A stretch of DNA of 64,000 nucleotides from Gammaproteobacteria bacterium (GCA_965209035.1 OZ242372.1:768001-832000); one strand, 5' to 3'; numbered from the stretch's first letter, positions 1 through 10,740 are shown. The notes: generated from the sequence alone by a model not told the origin. Program-made: numbers and translations.

Positions 1-649
1 TAACCTTCGCATCCAAACACAACAGGTTGCCGGTTTTGGTGATGACCAAAGGATTGACCTCCAACAGGGACACATCTTTTTCAATGAACAGACGCATCAA
101 GTTGGCAAACAGAGGAACAAACTGTTTTATTTGCGCCGCGTTCATACCACAATGAAAGCCCAGTTCGCGCGCCTGAAACGCCAGCGGTCCCAACAAAGGA
201 TCAACGGACACACGGCGAATTTTATCGGGTGTTTCCCGGGCAACTTTTTCTATATCCATACCGCCCGCCGGCGATGCCAACGCCACGGGTAACCCGATCT
301 TGCGATCCACAAGGATACTCAAGTACAATTCGGTTTCTATATCCGTGCAGTGCTCCACAAGAATATGATGAATCGGTTGACCCTTGGCATCTGTCTGCAC
401 AGTGACAAGATTCGTCCCCAAAAATTTGCGGGCAAAGTCCGCAACTTCCTTGGGACTGTCGGCAAGAATCACACCACCCGCTTTGCCTCTGCCGCCCGCA
501 TGCACCTGCGCCTTTGCCACCCATTTGGTTCCGCCAATTTCCGCCGCCGCCGATTCGGCCTCTTCCGGGGTCTGTGCAACTTTCCCGCGCGCCACGGGCA
601 ATGCGTAATCGGCAAAAAGTTTCTTTGCCTGATATTCGTGCAGATTCAT
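1..649 (-). CDS. sucC: Succinyl-CoA synthetase beta subunit, 5' part (runs off the window start)
   Basis: Not in the ORF track. Manual translation from the ATG at 649 gives MNLHEYQAKKLFADYALPV...KAQVHAGGRGKAGGV, the SucC N-terminal signature. Lies directly downstream of lpdA. Confidence 0.95.
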   Translation of the reverse strand, partial: MNLHEYQAKKLFADYALPVARGKVAQTPEEAESAAAEIGGTKWVAKAQVHAGGRGKAGGVILADSPKEVADFARKFLGTNLVTVQTDAKGQPIHHILVEHCTDIETELYLSILVDRKIGLPVALASPAGGMDIEKVARETPDKIRRVSVDPLLGPLAFQARELGFHCGMNAAQIKQFVPLFANLMRLFIEKDVSLLEVNPLVITKTGNLLCLDAKV

Positions 650-661
650 TTTACTGTGATT

Positions 662-2122
662 TTACTGTGAACGCCGGGGAGGCATTATATGAATTGGTCG
701 ACCATCCGCCGCCAGAGAAGCCTCGTGCACCGCTTCGGAAAGAGTCGGATGGGCGAACATCGTTAACTGCAAATCTTCCGCGGAAGCCATAAACTCCATT
801 GCAATGACCGCCTGGGCTATCAACTCGCCCGCTTGATTGCCGATCACATGCACGCCGATAATGCTGTCGCTTTCCTTATCCGCGAGTATTTTTACCATCC
901 CCCGGGTGTCGTTGTTTGCCATGGCCCTGCCGCTGGCTGCAAACGGAAAAACACCCGTCTTAAAATCTTTGCCGGCGGCCTTTGCTTCTTCCTCGTTTAG
1001 ACCGACCCAGGCAATTTCCGGCGAAGTATAAATGACATTCGGCACCAGATCATAATTCACCTCGGCCTTCTTGTTATGAATGATTTCCGCAACCATAATT
1101 CCCTCTTCCGAGCCCTTATGCGCCAACATTGGTCCACGCACCAGATCTCCCACCGCGTAAACTCCCTGCACAGAGGTGCGGCAATATTCATCCACCGGAA
1201 TGAACCCGCGCGCATCCGGGGCAATCCCGCAATCCGCGGATAACAGTTCTTCCGTATAGGGCTTGCGACCTATGGCAACAACGACCTTATCCGCTTTCAA
1301 AAGCATCTTCTTGCCGTCCTCCTCATATGCAACTTCCGCAATCTGTTTTTTGGCGTCAGTCTTTATGCCTGTGACCTTGGAATTCAATTTAATATCCAAT
1401 TTTTGATCTTTTTTAAAGTGACGCAGAGCATCCTTCGCAATTTGTCGGTCCGTCATCGGCAAAAAGTCCGGCAGTGCCTCCAACAGGGTCACCTGGCTGC
1501 CCAGCCTTCCCCAAACACTCCCAAGTTCCAAACCGATAATACCCGCGCCTATGATACAAAGATTTTTCGGCGGCTTGGTAAAACTCAAAGCCCCGGTAGA
1601 ATCTGTCACCACTTTGTTGTCAAACGGCACACCGGGCAGTGGCATCGGCACAGAACCGCTTGCCAAAATAATATGTTCTCCCCGATAAACCTTCTTACCG
1701 CCGTTGGTCTTGCCACCGGCAACCGGAGTCACTTCCACACACTTGTCCTTAAGAAGTTTGCCATGACCATAAACCGAACTGATACCATTGGCCTTGAACA
1801 GGGCCGCAATACCGCCGGTGAGTTTTTTAACAATGCCATCCTTTCTCCGCATCATCACGGGAATATCCGCCGTCAGGCTCTTAACTCGGATGCCCTCGCC
1901 TTCAAAATGCTCCCGGGCAAACTCGTACCTGTGGGAAACTTCCAACAATGCTTTGGAGGGAATGCAACCGACATTCAAACAGGTCCCGCCCAAAGACTGT
2001 TGTTTGACATCATTTTGCCACTTTTCTATGCAAAGAGTCTTTGCTCCCAATTGGGCACACTTAATGGCGGCCACATAACCCGCCGGGCCCGCACCTATAA
2101 CAATAACATCAAATTTATCCAT
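662..2122 (-). CDS. lpdA: Dihydrolipoamide dehydrogenase (E3)
   Basis: GAGPAG FAD motif, GGTCLNVGCIPSK redox disulfide, C-terminal HPTLSE; adjacent to sucC. Confidence 0.96.
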   Translation of the reverse strand: MDKFDVIVIGAGPAGYVAAIKCAQLGAKTLCIEKWQNDVKQQSLGGTCLNVGCIPSKALLEVSHRYEFAREHFEGEGIRVKSLTADIPVMMRRKDGIVKKLTGGIAALFKANGISSVYGHGKLLKDKCVEVTPVAGGKTNGGKKVYRGEHIILASGSVPMPLPGVPFDNKVVTDSTGALSFTKPPKNLCIIGAGIIGLELGSVWGRLGSQVTLLEALPDFLPMTDRQIAKDALRHFKKDQKLDIKLNSKVTGIKTDAKKQIAEVAYEEDGKKMLLKADKVVVAIGRKPYTEELLSADCGIAPDARGFIPVDEYCRTSVQGVYAVGDLVRGPMLAHKGSEEGIMVAEIIHNKKAEVNYDLVPNVIYTSPEIAWVGLNEEEAKAAGKDFKTGVFPFAASGRAMANNDTRGMVKILADKESDSIIGVHVIGNQAGELIAQAVIAMEFMASAEDLQLTMFAHPTLSEAVHEASLAADGRPIHIMPPRRSQ

Positions 2123-2142
2123 AATTTTTTATCGGTAACACT

Positions 2143-2214
2143 CAAACTTTTTTAGCAAATTTTTTTGGCAAACTTTTTTAGCAATTTTTTTTTGGCAAAT
2201 CTTTTTTGGCAAGT
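2143..2214. repeat. Degenerate ~13-14-bp tandem repeat, TTTTTT(A/G)GCAA x5
   Basis: Read directly in the hom-lpdA intergenic region. Confidence 0.75.
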
Positions 2215-2281
2215 ATTTGTTGTGAACTCTTTGTTATTATAATCTAACGAGCACTTCGTCACAAACAACAGACAATCCGTA

Positions 2282-3592
2282 TTAGGATGAAAAGATTGGC
2301 AAACTAATCACCGGTGCCAAAGAGGCATCGCTGTTTTCAATTTTAGTGAGTGCGTTCCTCATATTCTTATAAGATGTCGTGTGAGTCAAAATGATAATCG
2401 GGACGGGGCTCTTGTCTTCTCTGGCATGTTCGCGTTGGTGCAATGCCTCTATACTAATCCCCGCTTCGCTGAGAATACCGGTAAGGTGCGCCATGACCCC
2501 CGGCTTCTCGGCCGCACTGATACGCAAGTAAAACTCACTCTCCAGGGATTCAACCGGAGTAAAACGTATTTGTCTTTTTCTTCTCATCACGGTCGGAGCG
2601 GCAGTCGTTGCAACATGGGCAAGATCGGAAAGCACCGCGGACGCGGTTGCCGGGCCGCCGGCACCGGGGCCGCTGAAAAATGTTTGACCCAGAGGATCGC
2701 TTTCTATCATCAGGGCATTCGTCACACCGGTTACCCGTGCCAAGGACGAGTCCGTTTTCACAAGAACCGGCTGAACACGCATACTGACACTTTCATCATC
2801 CAAAATCTCGGCTATGGCAAGATGCTTGATGACATAGTTCAATTGTTCCGCATAACAAACATCCTCTTTGGTCAGATGCTCAATGCCCACTCTGTAGACC
2901 TTGTCCGGCGACAAGGGGATATCAAACGCCAGACCGGCAAGAATTGTTATTTTATGCAGACTATCCGTTCCGTCAATATCAAATGTGGGATCTCTTTCGG
3001 CATAACCCAGTTCTTGTGCTTCTTTCAAGGTGTCGGCAAATGTTCCGGCCGACATTTGGGACAAGATGTAATTACAGGTCCCGTTGACGATACCGGTAAT
3101 GCGATGAATACGATTGGCAACCAATCCATCCCGTAAAACTTTGATAATCGGAATACCGCCGGCGACCGCCGCCTCATACAAATAATGTACCCCGTTTGCG
3201 TGTGCCAGGCGGATGAGTTCTTCGCCTTTTTCCGCCACCAGAGCCTTATTCGCTGTAACGACACTCTTACCGGAAGTCAATGCCTGTTTGGTTAGTTTGT
3301 ATGCATGGTCGGTTCCGCCGATTAACTCTATGAGAACAGACGCTTCGGGATGCCCGGCGGCAACAAAAATATCATTGACTCGGATCGCATCATCCAAGCC
3401 CGATTTGGAATTGGGACGCCGCGCACCGACCTGTGCCAAGTGAAAGGAATGTCCGAGGCGTGCACTCAGCGTCTCTTGATTTTGTGCCAAAAGGCGGACC
3501 ACAGAACCGCCTACTTCGCCAAGCCCGCAGATCACCATGGACAATGGCGGTGAGGTATTTGCTTTAATAGCTACTTGTTTGGATTGTTGCAA
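2282..3592 (-). CDS. hom: Homoserine dehydrogenase with C-terminal ACT domain
   Basis: GLGEVG, VVTANKAL, YEAAVAGGIP, AQELGYAE.DPTFDI, GPGAGG; start codon uncertain. Confidence 0.95.
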   Translation of the reverse strand: MQQSKQVAIKANTSPPLSMVICGLGEVGGSVVRLLAQNQETLSARLGHSFHLAQVGARRPNSKSGLDDAIRVNDIFVAAGHPEASVLIELIGGTDHAYKLTKQALTSGKSVVTANKALVAEKGEELIRLAHANGVHYLYEAAVAGGIPIIKVLRDGLVANRIHRITGIVNGTCNYILSQMSAGTFADTLKEAQELGYAERDPTFDIDGTDSLHKITILAGLAFDIPLSPDKVYRVGIEHLTKEDVCYAEQLNYVIKHLAIAEILDDESVSMRVQPVLVKTDSSLARVTGVTNALMIESDPLGQTFFSGPGAGGPATASAVLSDLAHVATTAAPTVMRRKRQIRFTPVESLESEFYLRISAAEKPGVMAHLTGILSEAGISIEALHQREHAREDKSPVPIIILTHTTSYKNMRNALTKIENSDASLAPVISLPIFSS

Positions 3593-3681
3593 TTGTGTTT
3601 GGAAAGTAGGCTTTAATGATCATTAATAAATAAAATTCCCCAAAAACCGAAAAAATTCTTAACTCAGCCGCGCTCTGTCTT

Positions 3682-4431
3682 TTAAATTCTCAGTGTTTCC
3701 GCCAGTTTGATAGAAGGAATATAACCCGGCACGACCTTGCCGTTACTAAGAAACATCGTCGGTGTCCCCCGCACACCCGCGCGCTTGCCCAAATTATATT
3801 GCTCCGTCACGGGATGATCACAAGGTGCGGCTGTGATTTTTTTTCCCTGTTTGGCAAGAGTCATAGCCTGCTGTTTGTTGGCGGAGCACCACACATTGAT
3901 TGCTTTTTTAAATGAACCCGTCCCCGGGCCTGTCCGCGGAAACGCGGCATAACGAACCTCTATACCCAATTTTGTAATCTCATTAATTTCACGATGGAGT
4001 TTCCGACAGTAACCGCAATCTATATCCGTGAAGACCAACACCCAGGCTTTGGTCTTTCCTTTGGCAGGAAAAATAATTGTCTTGTTGCCGGGAATATCTC
4101 GAACCAGGGCGAACTGTTTCTTTTGACGATTAATGCGGCTGAGGTTACGCGGTTTCCCCTTCGCATCAAACTCATACTGTTCTCCGGCGATAAAATGACG
4201 ACCGTCCGGCGTCACATACAGTTCTTCAAAGTCATCGGTAACAACAAGAAACATGTTCAATTCTTTCATCTTGCGTATCTCAACGATGTTTAAATTGGGC
4301 AAGTTGGCGGTTAGTTTTTTTTTCAATTGTGCTTTTGTCAACTCGGGGGTCAACTTAGGGGTCAACTCGGCAGCCGCAAGTCCGACCGAAAACATCAGAG
4401 CAATGCAAGTCAGAATGCGCAACAACGGCAC
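3682..4431 (-). CDS. dsbC: Thiol:disulfide interchange protein DsbC
   Basis: Signal peptide, FTDIDCGYCRKLH active site, GTPT motif. Confidence 0.93.
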   Translation of the reverse strand: MPLLRILTCIALMFSVGLAAAELTPKLTPELTKAQLKKKLTANLPNLNIVEIRKMKELNMFLVVTDDFEELYVTPDGRHFIAGEQYEFDAKGKPRNLSRINRQKKQFALVRDIPGNKTIIFPAKGKTKAWVLVFTDIDCGYCRKLHREINEITKLGIEVRYAAFPRTGPGTGSFKKAINVWCSANKQQAMTLAKQGKKITAAPCDHPVTEQYNLGKRAGVRGTPTMFLSNGKVVPGYIPSIKLAETLRI

Positions 4432-4434
4432 AGA

Positions 4435-4794
4435 TTACTTCCTAAGTTCTTCCTTAATACGGGCCGCCTTACCGGTCCGACCGCGCATGTAATACAGTTT
4501 TGCTTTGCGGACGCGACCGTGCCTTTTTACGGCAATAGATTCAATTTGCGGGCTGTGCAACTGAAAGGTTCGCTCCACCCCGACTCCGTGCGAGATTTTG
4601 CGCAAAATAAACGAAGAATTGAGGCCGCGATTTCTTCTGGCAATCACTACGCCTTCAAATGCTTGGACTCTTTCTCTTTCTCCTTCGCGCACCCGAACCT
4701 TAACGACAAGCGTATCACCTGCCGAAAAATCGGGAAAAGACCTTTTTATTCTTTCCGCCTCAATCTTTGTGATCAACGAATAATCAATTTTCAT
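4435..4794 (-). CDS. rplS: 50S ribosomal protein L19
   Basis: [30 protein letters not shown]; last gene of the trmD operon. Confidence 0.98.
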   Translation of the reverse strand: MKIDYSLITKIEAERIKRSFPDFSAGDTLVVKVRVREGERERVQAFEGVVIARRNRGLNSSFILRKISHGVGVERTFQLHSPQIESIAVKRHGRVRKAKLYYMRGRTGKAARIKEELRK

Positions 4795-4836
4795 TGGATA
4801 TTAAACAATCATTAAATAAATATAAATATAAAAACA

Positions 4837-5616
4837 TTAAGCATTGGACTCCGTCCGATCCTCAATAAACTCTCTTAGCAACTTTTTATCGTCCGATGAC
4901 AAGCTTGCTCTCGCCAGCAAATCCGGGCGACGCAACCAGGTTCGCCCCAGCGACTGCCGGCGACGCCAACGCTTTATTTCAGCGTGGTTTCCGCTCAACA
5001 AAACCGCGGGAACTCGCATACCGTCAATACTTTCCGGTCGCGTATAATGAGGGGCTTCCAAAAGACCGCCACCTCCGTCGCCATCACCGGAAAAAGAGTC
5101 CGAATTGGCACTTGCCACATTACCCAATACTCCGTCTCTTAGACGCATCAACGCATTTACAAAAGTCATTATAGGTAACTCGCCGCCACTTAAGACATAA
5201 TCACCCGCGGATATTTCATCATCCGCATAACGAGATATGATGCGTTCATCCATTCCTTCATAACAACCGCTCACTAACACCAAAGATTCCATACGAGAAT
5301 AAGATCTTACCACATTCTGTGTCAATAAACGCCCTTGCGGCGAAAAAAACAAGCATCGCGGATTCAAATGACCTTGTTTAATTGCAGATTCTTTTCCCGC
5401 CTCAATTGCCATTTGTAAGGGCCGAAAAGACATCAGCATGCCGCCGCCGCCGCCGTAAGGATGATCGTCCGTTTGTCTGTGTTTGCCTTCGGCGTGTTCG
5501 CGCGGATTAAACAATTCAACCGCAGCACGTCCCTCACGAATACCTCTGCCGACTACTCCGTATTCGTCAAGAACCCGAAACATTTCCGGGAAAATACTAA
5601 CAATCCCTAACCACAT
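4837..5616 (-). CDS. trmD: tRNA (guanine37-N1)-methyltransferase
   Basis: PYGGG.GM, SPQG, YEG.DER, S.GDYVLSGGE, VLLSGNH; operon context. Confidence 0.96.
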   Translation of the reverse strand: MWLGIVSIFPEMFRVLDEYGVVGRGIREGRAAVELFNPREHAEGKHRQTDDHPYGGGGGMLMSFRPLQMAIEAGKESAIKQGHLNPRCLFFSPQGRLLTQNVVRSYSRMESLVLVSGCYEGMDERIISRYADDEISAGDYVLSGGELPIMTFVNALMRLRDGVLGNVASANSDSFSGDGDGGGGLLEAPHYTRPESIDGMRVPAVLLSGNHAEIKRWRRRQSLGRTWLRRPDLLARASLSSDDKKLLREFIEDRTESNA

Positions 5617-5622
5617 TTTAAT

Positions 5623-6156
5623 TCAATCCGGTGACTGCCAAGACACACAGACCCGCTTGCTCCGCAGATCCACGCGATAAACCGGTTCGGGCAGCACAAA
5701 AGGAATATAGGTTGTTCGCTTTGTGCCTTCTCGATCTGCCTCCTCTATCTCCATCACATCGGCACCGCCACAACGCCGCATTGCCAGAATTCGCCCAACG
5801 GGTGCTTCCGTGCCTGTGCCGGCGGAATTGAAAACTTGCATGCCAATCAGATCGTGCCAATAGTAACTTCCTTCGTCCGGGTGTGGCAAGTGTTCGCGCC
5901 GAACGCCCAATAACTTATTACAATAACTGTGCGCCTCTTCTTTGGTACTCACTTCTTTTATCTTGATGATGAACTTGTCGCTGTGTCGGTTAATTTGCGG
6001 CGGTTCCGAAATTTCGTACCAACCTTCGCCGGAGTTTTCTATCAACAAAGAATGATAATTGGTGACAGAAAGAGGGTCTTCCATATAGTGCGTAAAAAAC
6101 TGCCAGCCTTTCAGCCCGTAGGGCCTGCCGAGTTTTCCCAGGACGACAACATCCAT
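5623..6156 (-). CDS. rimM: Ribosome maturation factor RimM
   Basis: VLGKLGRPYGLKGW, YYWHDLIGMQV, YIPFV; between rpsP and trmD. ATG at 6156 preferred, although the ORF extends to 6243. Confidence 0.92.
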   Translation of the reverse strand: MDVVVLGKLGRPYGLKGWQFFTHYMEDPLSVTNYHSLLIENSGEGWYEISEPPQINRHSDKFIIKIKEVSTKEEAHSYCNKLLGVRREHLPHPDEGSYYWHDLIGMQVFNSAGTGTEAPVGRILAMRRCGGADVMEIEEADREGTKRTTYIPFVLPEPVYRVDLRSKRVCVSWQSPD

Positions 6157-6264
6157 CCTATGTTTTTTTATGTTTTTGCTTGTCTTGTCTTTTATTCTCT
6201 TCCCTTCCCTTCCCTTCCCCGCCCATCCACAAGCGGCATCCATCCGTTTTTCGGAGAAAAACGG

Positions 6265-7104
6265 CTATTTTGTTTTCTCTTTTTCGTCGGCGGGCGATGA
6301 TGTTGCCGGTTTTTCCGTTTTCTCTTTTTGTTGACCCGCTTCCGCATCCTCTGCAGGAGCCGAGTCTTTTACAGGTTCGGTTTCGGCAACTTTGGGTTTC
6401 TCGGAAGCCTTTATTTCCTCTTTTTGTTGACCCGCTTCCGCATCCACATCCCCTGCAGGAGCCGAGTCTTTTACAGGTTCGGTTTTGGCAACTTCGGGTT
6501 TCTCGGAAGCCTTTATTTCCTCTTTTTGTTGACCCGCTTCCGCATCCACATCCCCTGCAGGAGCCGAGTCTTTTACAGGTTCGGTTTTGGCAACTTCGGG
6601 TTTCTCGGAAGCGGCGGCAGTGGGTTCTACTTTTTCTTCCGACTCGGGCTTTTTGTCGGAAGAAGTTACGGGTTCGGAGGTTGTCGGTGCTTCTTCATTT
6701 GCCTCCCCCTCACTTGCGGGTGTTTCTCCCGTGTCCGAACCTGCGGCAGAATCCGTCTTAGCGTTTTCGGCCGCTATCTCACCCTGTTCTTTTTGTTCTT
6801 TCTCTTTTTTCTTGGTGCGACGATGTTTTTTCTCTCTCCCCAAGAGTTCGTCCGACTCACCGGTTTTTTTGAGTTTTTTAATCAGATTATCGACGGTTTC
6901 GGAAGGGAGGGCACCTCTGTCAACCCAATAATCCACTCTCTCACGATTCACCCTGATATACACTTCTTCCCCTTTGGCAAGGGGGTTATAAAAACCTAAC
7001 TTCTCAATAAAACGCCCGGCACATGCCCGGCGCCTATCCGCCAAATTAATATGGTAAAAAGGAACCTTATGTGCTCCTTGACGCGTCAAACGAATAACTA
7101 ACAT
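6265..7104 (-). CDS. rpsP: 30S ribosomal protein S16 with long acidic, repetitive C-terminal extension
   Basis: N-terminal ~80 aa S16 (MLVIRLTRQG..PFY..GRFIEKLGFYNP) followed by ~200 aa rich in E/K/A/P. Confidence 0.95.
   Translation of the reverse strand: MLVIRLTRQGAHKVPFYHINLADRRRACAGRFIEKLGFYNPLAKGEEVYIRVNRERVDYWVDRGALPSETVDNLIKKLKKTGESDELLGREKKHRRTKKKEKEQKEQGEIAAENAKTDSAAGSDTGETPASEGEANEEAPTTSEPVTSSDKKPESEEKVEPTAAASEKPEVAKTEPVKDSAPAGDVDAEAGQQKEEIKASEKPEVAKTEPVKDSAPAGDVDAEAGQQKEEIKASEKPKVAETEPVKDSAPAEDAEAGQQKEKTEKPATSSPADEKEKTK
6322..6611 (-). repeat. In-frame tandem repeat of ~102 bp (34 aa), ~3 copies, one 6 bp shorter
   Basis: EKPEVAKTEPVKDSAPAGDVDAEAGQQKEEIKAS repeated; the DNA copies are near-identical. 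Confidence 0.92.
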
Positions 7105-7422
7105 TTGTTCATTATAAATAGAAAACCAATCATTTTTAGATTTTGAATAATGTTTTTTATCCTTACCCGTTACAAAAACCGGTAAGGAATTAAAAAACGT
7201 AAAATAACCAAGATATTTTTATCTCTTTGTGGTTAATTATAGATATGGCGGATACCAAAAAGCACTTATATTGTGCCAAATTCCGTAAAAATAGAACTTT
7301 TGCAAAAAAATTGTTCTAAAATGACTTTATGGCACCAAAAGCGGACTTTTCCGGAATTTTGAAGAGAGATCGCCCAAATAGTTTCAAGATTTCAAGATAG
7401 TAAAATACTTCTTTCGATAAAA

Positions 7423-8889
7423 ATGAAAATTAAGCAAGAAGCCTATACTTTTGACGATCTGCTGTTGTTACCGCGCTACTCGCAGGTGTTACCCAGGGAT
7501 GTGGATACCAGATCCCGTTTGACTTCTCAAATAGAACTCGGTATCCCCGTTCTTTCCGCGGCCATGGACACGGTGACCGAAGCAAACATGGCCATTGCAC
7601 TTGCAAAGGCCGGCGGTATCGGTGTCATTCATAAAAATATGAACATTGAAAAACAAACGGACGAAGCGCGCAAAGTTAAAAAACACGAAAGCGGGGTAGT
7701 GCGCAACCCCATTACCATCTCGCGGGATGCCACAATTGGTCAACTTCGTGAACTCACCGAAAAGCACGGTATTTCCGGTGTTCCCGTTGTGGAAAAAATG
7801 AATTCGAAAAGTTTGGCGGGGATTGTGACCGCCCGCGACACACGCTGCGAGGAAGACGATAACAAACCGGTTAAATCCGTCATGACCCCTCTAAAAAAAT
7901 TGGTAACCGCACCCAAAGGAATTGGCACCGAAGAGGCTCAAAAACTCATGCATCAAAACAGAATTGAAAAACTTCTGTTGGTCACGGACAACTCCACCCT
8001 GTGCGGAATGATGACATTAAAGGATATTCAATATGAAGAAAAATACCCGAATGCTTGTAAGGACGAAGACGGACGATTGCGCGTTGCCGCATCTATCGGC
8101 ACAGATCCCAAATCCATGGATCGCGCCCGGGCCCTGGCGGCGGTGGGGACGGATTTTCTTGTTCTGGACACGGCGCACGGTCATTCGCGCAAAGTAATCG
8201 ACATGATCAAATACTGCCGAAAGAACTTTCCTTCCACGGCCGTTATTGGCGGCAATATCGCCACAGGCGAGGCGGCCACGGATCTGGCAAAAGCCGGGGT
8301 TTCCGCGATCAAGGTTGGCATAGGCCCCGGCACCATTTGCACCACGCGAATCGTCACCGGTGTGGGTGTGCCTCAACTCACCGCGATTGCCGAAGCCCGG
8401 AGTGCCTTACGGAAAAAATTTCCGGAGGTGGGTATCATCGCCGACGGTGGCATTCGTTTTTCGGGAGACATGGTCAAGGCTCTTGCAGCCGGGGCACATG
8501 CTGTGATGTTGGGTAGCATCTTTGCCGGGACCAACGAAGCCCCCGGAGAGGTTGTTCTTTATCAAGGCAGATCCTATAAAAAGTATCGCGGTATGGGCTC
8601 CTTGGAAGCACTCAAAAAAGGATCGCGTGACCGATATTTTCAACAGCATCCGGAAAAACTTGTGCCGGAAGGTGTGGAAGGGATGGTGCCAAATCGCGGT
8701 GCCGTCAACCTGGTGATAGATCAGATTGTCGGAGGTCTCTGTTCGGCTATGGGTTATCTTGGTTGTAAGACGGTAAAAGAATTAACGGAAAATGCCGAGT
8801 TTGTCCGCGTCACCAAGGCGGGTATGCTGGAAAGCCATGTGCATGATGTTCGCATCACCAGCGAAGCGCCGAATTATCATCGCGAATGA
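7423..8889 (+). CDS. guaB: IMP dehydrogenase
   Basis: [11 protein letters not shown] pair, [25 protein letters not shown]. Confidence 0.97.
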   Translation: MKIKQEAYTFDDLLLLPRYSQVLPRDVDTRSRLTSQIELGIPVLSAAMDTVTEANMAIALAKAGGIGVIHKNMNIEKQTDEARKVKKHESGVVRNPITISRDATIGQLRELTEKHGISGVPVVEKMNSKSLAGIVTARDTRCEEDDNKPVKSVMTPLKKLVTAPKGIGTEEAQKLMHQNRIEKLLLVTDNSTLCGMMTLKDIQYEEKYPNACKDEDGRLRVAASIGTDPKSMDRARALAAVGTDFLVLDTAHGHSRKVIDMIKYCRKNFPSTAVIGGNIATGEAATDLAKAGVSAIKVGIGPGTICTTRIVTGVGVPQLTAIAEARSALRKKFPEVGIIADGGIRFSGDMVKALAAGAHAVMLGSIFAGTNEAPGEVVLYQGRSYKKYRGMGSLEALKKGSRDRYFQQHPEKLVPEGVEGMVPNRGAVNLVIDQIVGGLCSAMGYLGCKTVKELTENAEFVRVTKAGMLESHVHDVRITSEAPNYHRE

Positions 8890-9515
8890 CCCGCCATCCA
8901 CACATACTTGTGACTTTCCTCGCCGAGAAACATCACTTCCTCTTCGGTTGATTCTCGGCCCAATACCGTGTTGCGGTGCGGGAAACGACCAAAACGCTTA
9001 ACAATATCACGATGTTCGCGTGCCATACTCAGACTTGATCTCACAAACTCGTATTGGTCCGCACCCGCGGCTGCGAGGAGTTTTTTAAAAAGAACCACCG
9101 ACTTTTCTTGCGAAGATATATTCTCACTGTGCATGAAGGGCAAATAACAAAAAACTCTTTCCGCCGTGTGCATTCTGACATCATAACTTTTTTCAAGGAC
9201 ATAGCCGGCAACTTCTTCGGCATGTGCCGTATATGCGAAAGCTCTCTCTTCACCCCTGAACATATTGCGCGGAAACTGATCAAATAACAGAATCAGCACC
9301 AAGCAGCCCTGGGCACTGTGTCGCCACTGCGGAAATTTTCCCGCAGCCGCGCTCTCCAACGCATGTGCATACTTATCGGCAATTTCCCCGTCCGTCTCGG
9401 GCGAATAATTGAACCATTTGTCCGTTATTTCCTGCGGCGGCATCTCCGCTTTCAGAGAGCCGAACCAAAAATGATGAACGGACTTCATCAAGGCCGTATC
9501 ATTATTATTTTGCAT
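8877..9515 (-). CDS. DUF924 family protein
   Basis: FWF, DQFPRNMFRG, YLPFMHSE, RFGRFPHRN..LGRESTEEE; its 3' end overlaps guaB convergently. Confidence 0.9.
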   Translation of the reverse strand: MQNNNDTALMKSVHHFWFGSLKAEMPPQEITDKWFNYSPETDGEIADKYAHALESAAAGKFPQWRHSAQGCLVLILLFDQFPRNMFRGEERAFAYTAHAEEVAGYVLEKSYDVRMHTAERVFCYLPFMHSENISSQEKSVVLFKKLLAAAGADQYEFVRSSLSMAREHRDIVKRFGRFPHRNTVLGRESTEEEVMFLGEESHKYVWMAGHSR

Positions 9516-9624
9516 CGCTTTATTTTATTTTTTGGCAACAGGTCTCTATTTCACCGCACATCTTTCTAATTGTAGGATATGCCGCGTTTGTTTGAAATGC
9601 GTGTATTTGTATTGCGTCTAATCG

Positions 9625-10461
9625 TTAAGAATTCAGTTGCAAGGCAATCACTTCAATCCAACCATCGTCCGGCCTTGGAAAAACGGACCCGTCCGAACCG
9701 AACATTTTTTCCAATTGATGCAAACTCAGATGCTCGGTAACCTCGCCGGGCAACAACGCAGTAATCCGCTCTTTGTTAAGGCACGTCGGTTGCCCCAGAC
9801 CGGTGCTACGTGAGATGATGTGAAACACTTCTGTTGGAATCGCACGCCTTGAAGGGTGAATATCCCGCCCGGGTAACAAATATTCCAGCAGGACTTGTTT
9901 CTTACCTTGGCCGAGAGAACAAAACCTATGCAGAACTTTTTGAATCTCGGCTTCTTTTAGATAGTAACTGATCCCTTCCATCACAAGAACGGAAGGGAGT
10001 TTTGCATCCCATCCTGCTTTTTTAATATCGGCAAAAGTTTTTTCCAAAGTAATATCGCCGGCGACAAACCGAATGGAGTCCGCCGCCTTGGCATCCAAAC
10101 TGCGGATCAATTTTTCTTTTTCCGGCAGATAACGAATATCCGTTTCAAAAATACGCAAGTCCTTATCACGATGCTTGTAATACAGATCAAGCCCCAACGG
10201 CGAGAAACCGGCGGCAAGAATGAGTATCTGGCAACCGGATGACTCGTTCAGCATTCTGTCCAAGCATGCCCCAATTCCAAGTTTACGATATTCAATCACC
10301 TTATGGTAGTGCGGCCAGACGGCATTACATTTTTTGTAAAGGAACTTGCCTTCGTCAAGTCGGACTTCGGCAAGGTAGTTACGACTGCCGACCGAGGAGT
10401 AAACCCGATTATCCCGTATCCAAAGAAGAACCAAGGCCGAACTGGCGGAGATATGTATCAT
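9625..10461 (-). CDS. Class I SAM-dependent methyltransferase (leucine carboxyl methyltransferase-like)
   Basis: QILILAAGFSP, FETD, FVAGDI, VMEGISYYL. ATG at 10461 preferred; the ORF extends to 10533. Confidence 0.75.
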   Translation of the reverse strand: MIHISASSALVLLWIRDNRVYSSVGSRNYLAEVRLDEGKFLYKKCNAVWPHYHKVIEYRKLGIGACLDRMLNESSGCQILILAAGFSPLGLDLYYKHRDKDLRIFETDIRYLPEKEKLIRSLDAKAADSIRFVAGDITLEKTFADIKKAGWDAKLPSVLVMEGISYYLKEAEIQKVLHRFCSLGQGKKQVLLEYLLPGRDIHPSRRAIPTEVFHIISRSTGLGQPTCLNKERITALLPGEVTEHLSLHQLEKMFGSDGSVFPRPDDGWIEVIALQLNS

Positions 10462-10740
10462 ATTCCAAGCCCCGGATCCAAACGAAAACGCGGCTGCCGG
10501 TAAGGCGGTACATAAAGATCCGCAAACACCCAATAGGAAAGAAAGTTAGTGCAAAGAACAAACATCTTGATAAGATTTTACCCAATTGATTAAAAAATTC
10601 ACCGGTAACCGCGGGCGTCCAAATGCAAGTAGCGATAAAAACACCTACTTTGCTCCCTTCTCTTTGGAAGTATTTTTTTAATGTGATATAATGAAATTCT
10701 TGTTATAAAACTTAATCCATTATTACATTATTTGAATATT

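Noticed and set aside
7161-7187. Inverted repeat CCTTACC...GGTAAGG upstream of rpsP as a regulatory leader
   Set aside because: A short stem with a long loop; cannot be told from chance without comparative data.
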